Below are positions 61,588-64,000 of a stretch of DNA of 64,000 bases, piece by piece. The DNA is taken from assembly GCA_964658305.1 (NCBI GenBank), contig OZ210885.1, positions 2,046,001 through 2,110,000 of the forward strand. Direction: 5' to 3'. Within the stretch, counting starts at the first letter, position 1; each line of letters begins with the position of its first letter. The position numbers and the translations under genes were made by a program. Below the pieces are notes generated by a model. It saw only the letters and a program-made list of their open reading frames with translations, was not told where the DNA came from and did not search any database. Source of the stretch: Leptogorgia sarmentosa (taxonomy: Eukaryota).

Positions 61588-62919
61588 AAGAAAAAATTCA
61601 TCCCGGTTGACCGGGCGCCCCGTTTGAGTCAAGTGAGATCCATTGAACTATATATAACTGGAAGGCTACCTTCATATAAACGGGAACGAAAAAAATGAAG
61701 CCAAAATTTTGCGTGGAATTACCCCCAGACACGCGTGTCTGGGGGTAATTTCACGCGAGTTCAGCTGCGTGACATTCTCGCGCGGTAGAAAGGAGCGAAC
61801 AAGTCAACAACATGTTGTCCAAAGAGAGCGGAGGAATTTGCGATGCGATAGAGAAGTAATTTTGCTGTTTTTTTACCGTTTCAAAGCCTTTTCTTGTGCT
61901 ATGAATACAGAAAAATTAAATTTTATGGCGATCAAATGAATTTCTGTAAGGGAAACTCGCCGAAAACAAACGATTGTGTCTCGATTAAAACGGATCTCAT
62001 GTGCTTGACATATTGATTCGAAAGCTGGCTACAAATGGAATCACAACAGACTTTAGTCTATGACTATGTCATGGTCGCCTGTGGGCGAACAATGTTTGAA
62101 AAATGTCAAGAATAGACGAAAAATCACAGCCCGACATAGCAAAAGTGGCCACTTATCAAAAGGCCACTTATCGCCGTTCGGGTTTTTTTACAAAAATCGC
62201 TAGTTTTTTCAGGCAGCACCATACAAAATTTGGCAAAAACTGGTCATTATTATGAAAACCAAACATTCACCAAATTTATGTTACATATAAATGATTCATA
62301 TCTTCCTAAAACTATTTTTTGCGAGTTTTGTACAAGTTTTTTCAACAAAAAACAGAAATGTTTTTGTTTTGGCCGTGTCTACATTGCGTGAAAAGACTGG
62401 GGCCGATTTGGCTTCAAGTTTCTGGCCGGAAGTAGCCTTCCAGTTTTATTTAGTTCAATGGTGAGATCCCACCTAAGCGGGCTAGCCCGGTTTGCATGTA
62501 AAGTCGAATTGTTATAATTAATAAGAAATTAGTATGAAGCCGGGCGCCTCGTTGAAGCGGGCCAGCCAAACCGGGCTCATGTAAACAGCCCCTTAGTAAA
62601 GTGAGGAAAGCATAAGCGCTACATCGTTCAAACAAAATTAATGTAGCTGAATTCATAAAAGCCCAACTTAAATTTTGACGTATAATACATGTATTTTCGT
62701 AAAGTATTGCTCAAGATATTAGCATTTCAATTTGCAACTGCATTTTTAAAATGTAGTAGGATTGATTTCCAATAGAAAAAGTTTGGTCGGTAAAAACAAT
62801 CCCAAAGAGAATGTTTTTACGGATAAATAGATTGAATTTTCAATCGTTTGAATTTAGAGAGCAGATCGCTGGAAACGGCCATTTCAGAGTCTTAACTCTA
62901 CCTTTTTCAGATTGTGATA

Positions 62920-64000
62920 ATGGGGGATGTGTCGCACCCGCACCCCTCACACATTACGAGAAAATCTACAAGCCGTACTGAACGTCCGAATGACACTGAA
63001 GAAGAAATTCCTGATGATGATCATTATATTTGTAAGTTTAATGAACGTTTTTCACTATACAAACAACCATTCACAAAACCACCGAGCAAATAGTCAAAAT
63101 GGTAAATATTCAGTATTGTCCTTCATTTTCCTGTTCACCCCTAATTCTTTTATCGTTTAACAGACTCTCAACAATGTGGTAAAGCATGCAAAGATAAAAG
63201 TCATTTGGCGACACACGGACGAATTCACACAGGCGAAAGATCTTTCCAATGTGAACAATGTGGTAAGGCTTTTAATCAGCAAATCAACTTACAGACACAC
63301 GAACGAGTACACACTGGAGAAAAACCTTTCCAGTGTGAACAATGTGGTAAGACATTTAGTCGCCCAAGTAACTTGAAGAGACACGAACGAGTGCACACTG
63401 GAGAAAAACCTTTCCAGTGTGAACAATGTGGTAAGACATTTAATCGCCCAAGTAACTTGAAGACACACGAACGAGTGCACACTGGAGAAAAACCTTTCCA
63501 GTGTGAAAAATGTGGCAGGAAATTTAGTCTGAAATGTAACTTGAAGAGACACGAACGAGTGTACACTGGAGAAAAACCTTTCCAATGTGAACAAGGTGGT
63601 AAGACATTTAATCAGCAAATCAACTTACAAACACACGAACGAGTACACACTGGAGAAAAACCTTTCCAGTGTGAACAATGTGCCAGGAAATTTAGTCAAA
63701 AAGGTGACTTGAAGAGACACGAACGAGTGCACACTGGAGAAAAACCTTTCCAGTGTGAACAATGTGGCAGGAAATTTAGTCAAAAAGGTGACTTGAAGAG
63801 ACACGAACGAGGGCACACTGGAGAAAAACCTTTCCAGTGTGAACAATGTGGTAAGACATTTAGTCGCCCAAGTAACTTGAAGACACACGAACGAGTGCAC
63901 ACTGGAGAAAAACCTTTCCAGTGTGAACAATGTGGTAAGACATTTAATCACCCAAGTAACTTGAAGACACACGAAGGAATTCACAATGGAGAAAAACCTT
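62920..64000 (+). CDS. Tandem C2H2 zinc-finger protein (exon 62911/62920-63031, exon 63164 to beyond the window end)
   Basis: Phase-1 intron ATT T|GTAAGT...TTTAACAG|AC. Open frame with 84-bp repeats FQCEQCGKTF...L..HERVHTGEKP: nine fingers plus a degenerate first one. No stop before the window end. Confidence 0.9.

Noticed and set aside
63276..63984. Minus-strand ORFs over the zinc-finger array
   Set aside because: Typical antisense shadows of C2H2 repeats (HWKGFSPV pattern).

Overview
AT-rich, intron-rich animal genomic DNA. The repeat families and gene content suggest a cnidarian or similar marine invertebrate, but that is inference. Host genes: (1) a complete 23-exon BR serine/threonine kinase (BRSK1/2, SAD-1 family) on the minus strand, 57126 to 34475, reconstructed in frame at 649 aa with one GC-AG intron; (2) an unrecognised multi-pass membrane protein (two exons, 5798-7284) with a decayed duplicate exon upstream; (3) three copies of a two-exon C-type lectin domain; (4) a tandem C2H2 zinc-finger gene running off the right end. 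The 7.8-29 kb region is a recent rearrangement. A ~6.8-kb unit (palindromic element, Academ-like MITE, lectin, P-like transposase relic) is tandemly duplicated, and a 2.7-kb inverted copy lies upstream. Penelope-like elements (PLEs) with hammerhead ribozyme motifs sit at the breakpoints. BRSK introns hold a nested stack (L2/CR1-group LINE > head-to-tail Helentron/HINE dimer > AcademH-like element with a 9-bp TSD), a second HINE, a sense-strand minimal hammerhead, and a ~1-kb AG-free minisatellite abutting the last splice acceptor. Many MITEs are present. No rRNA, tRNA or CRISPR array was found.
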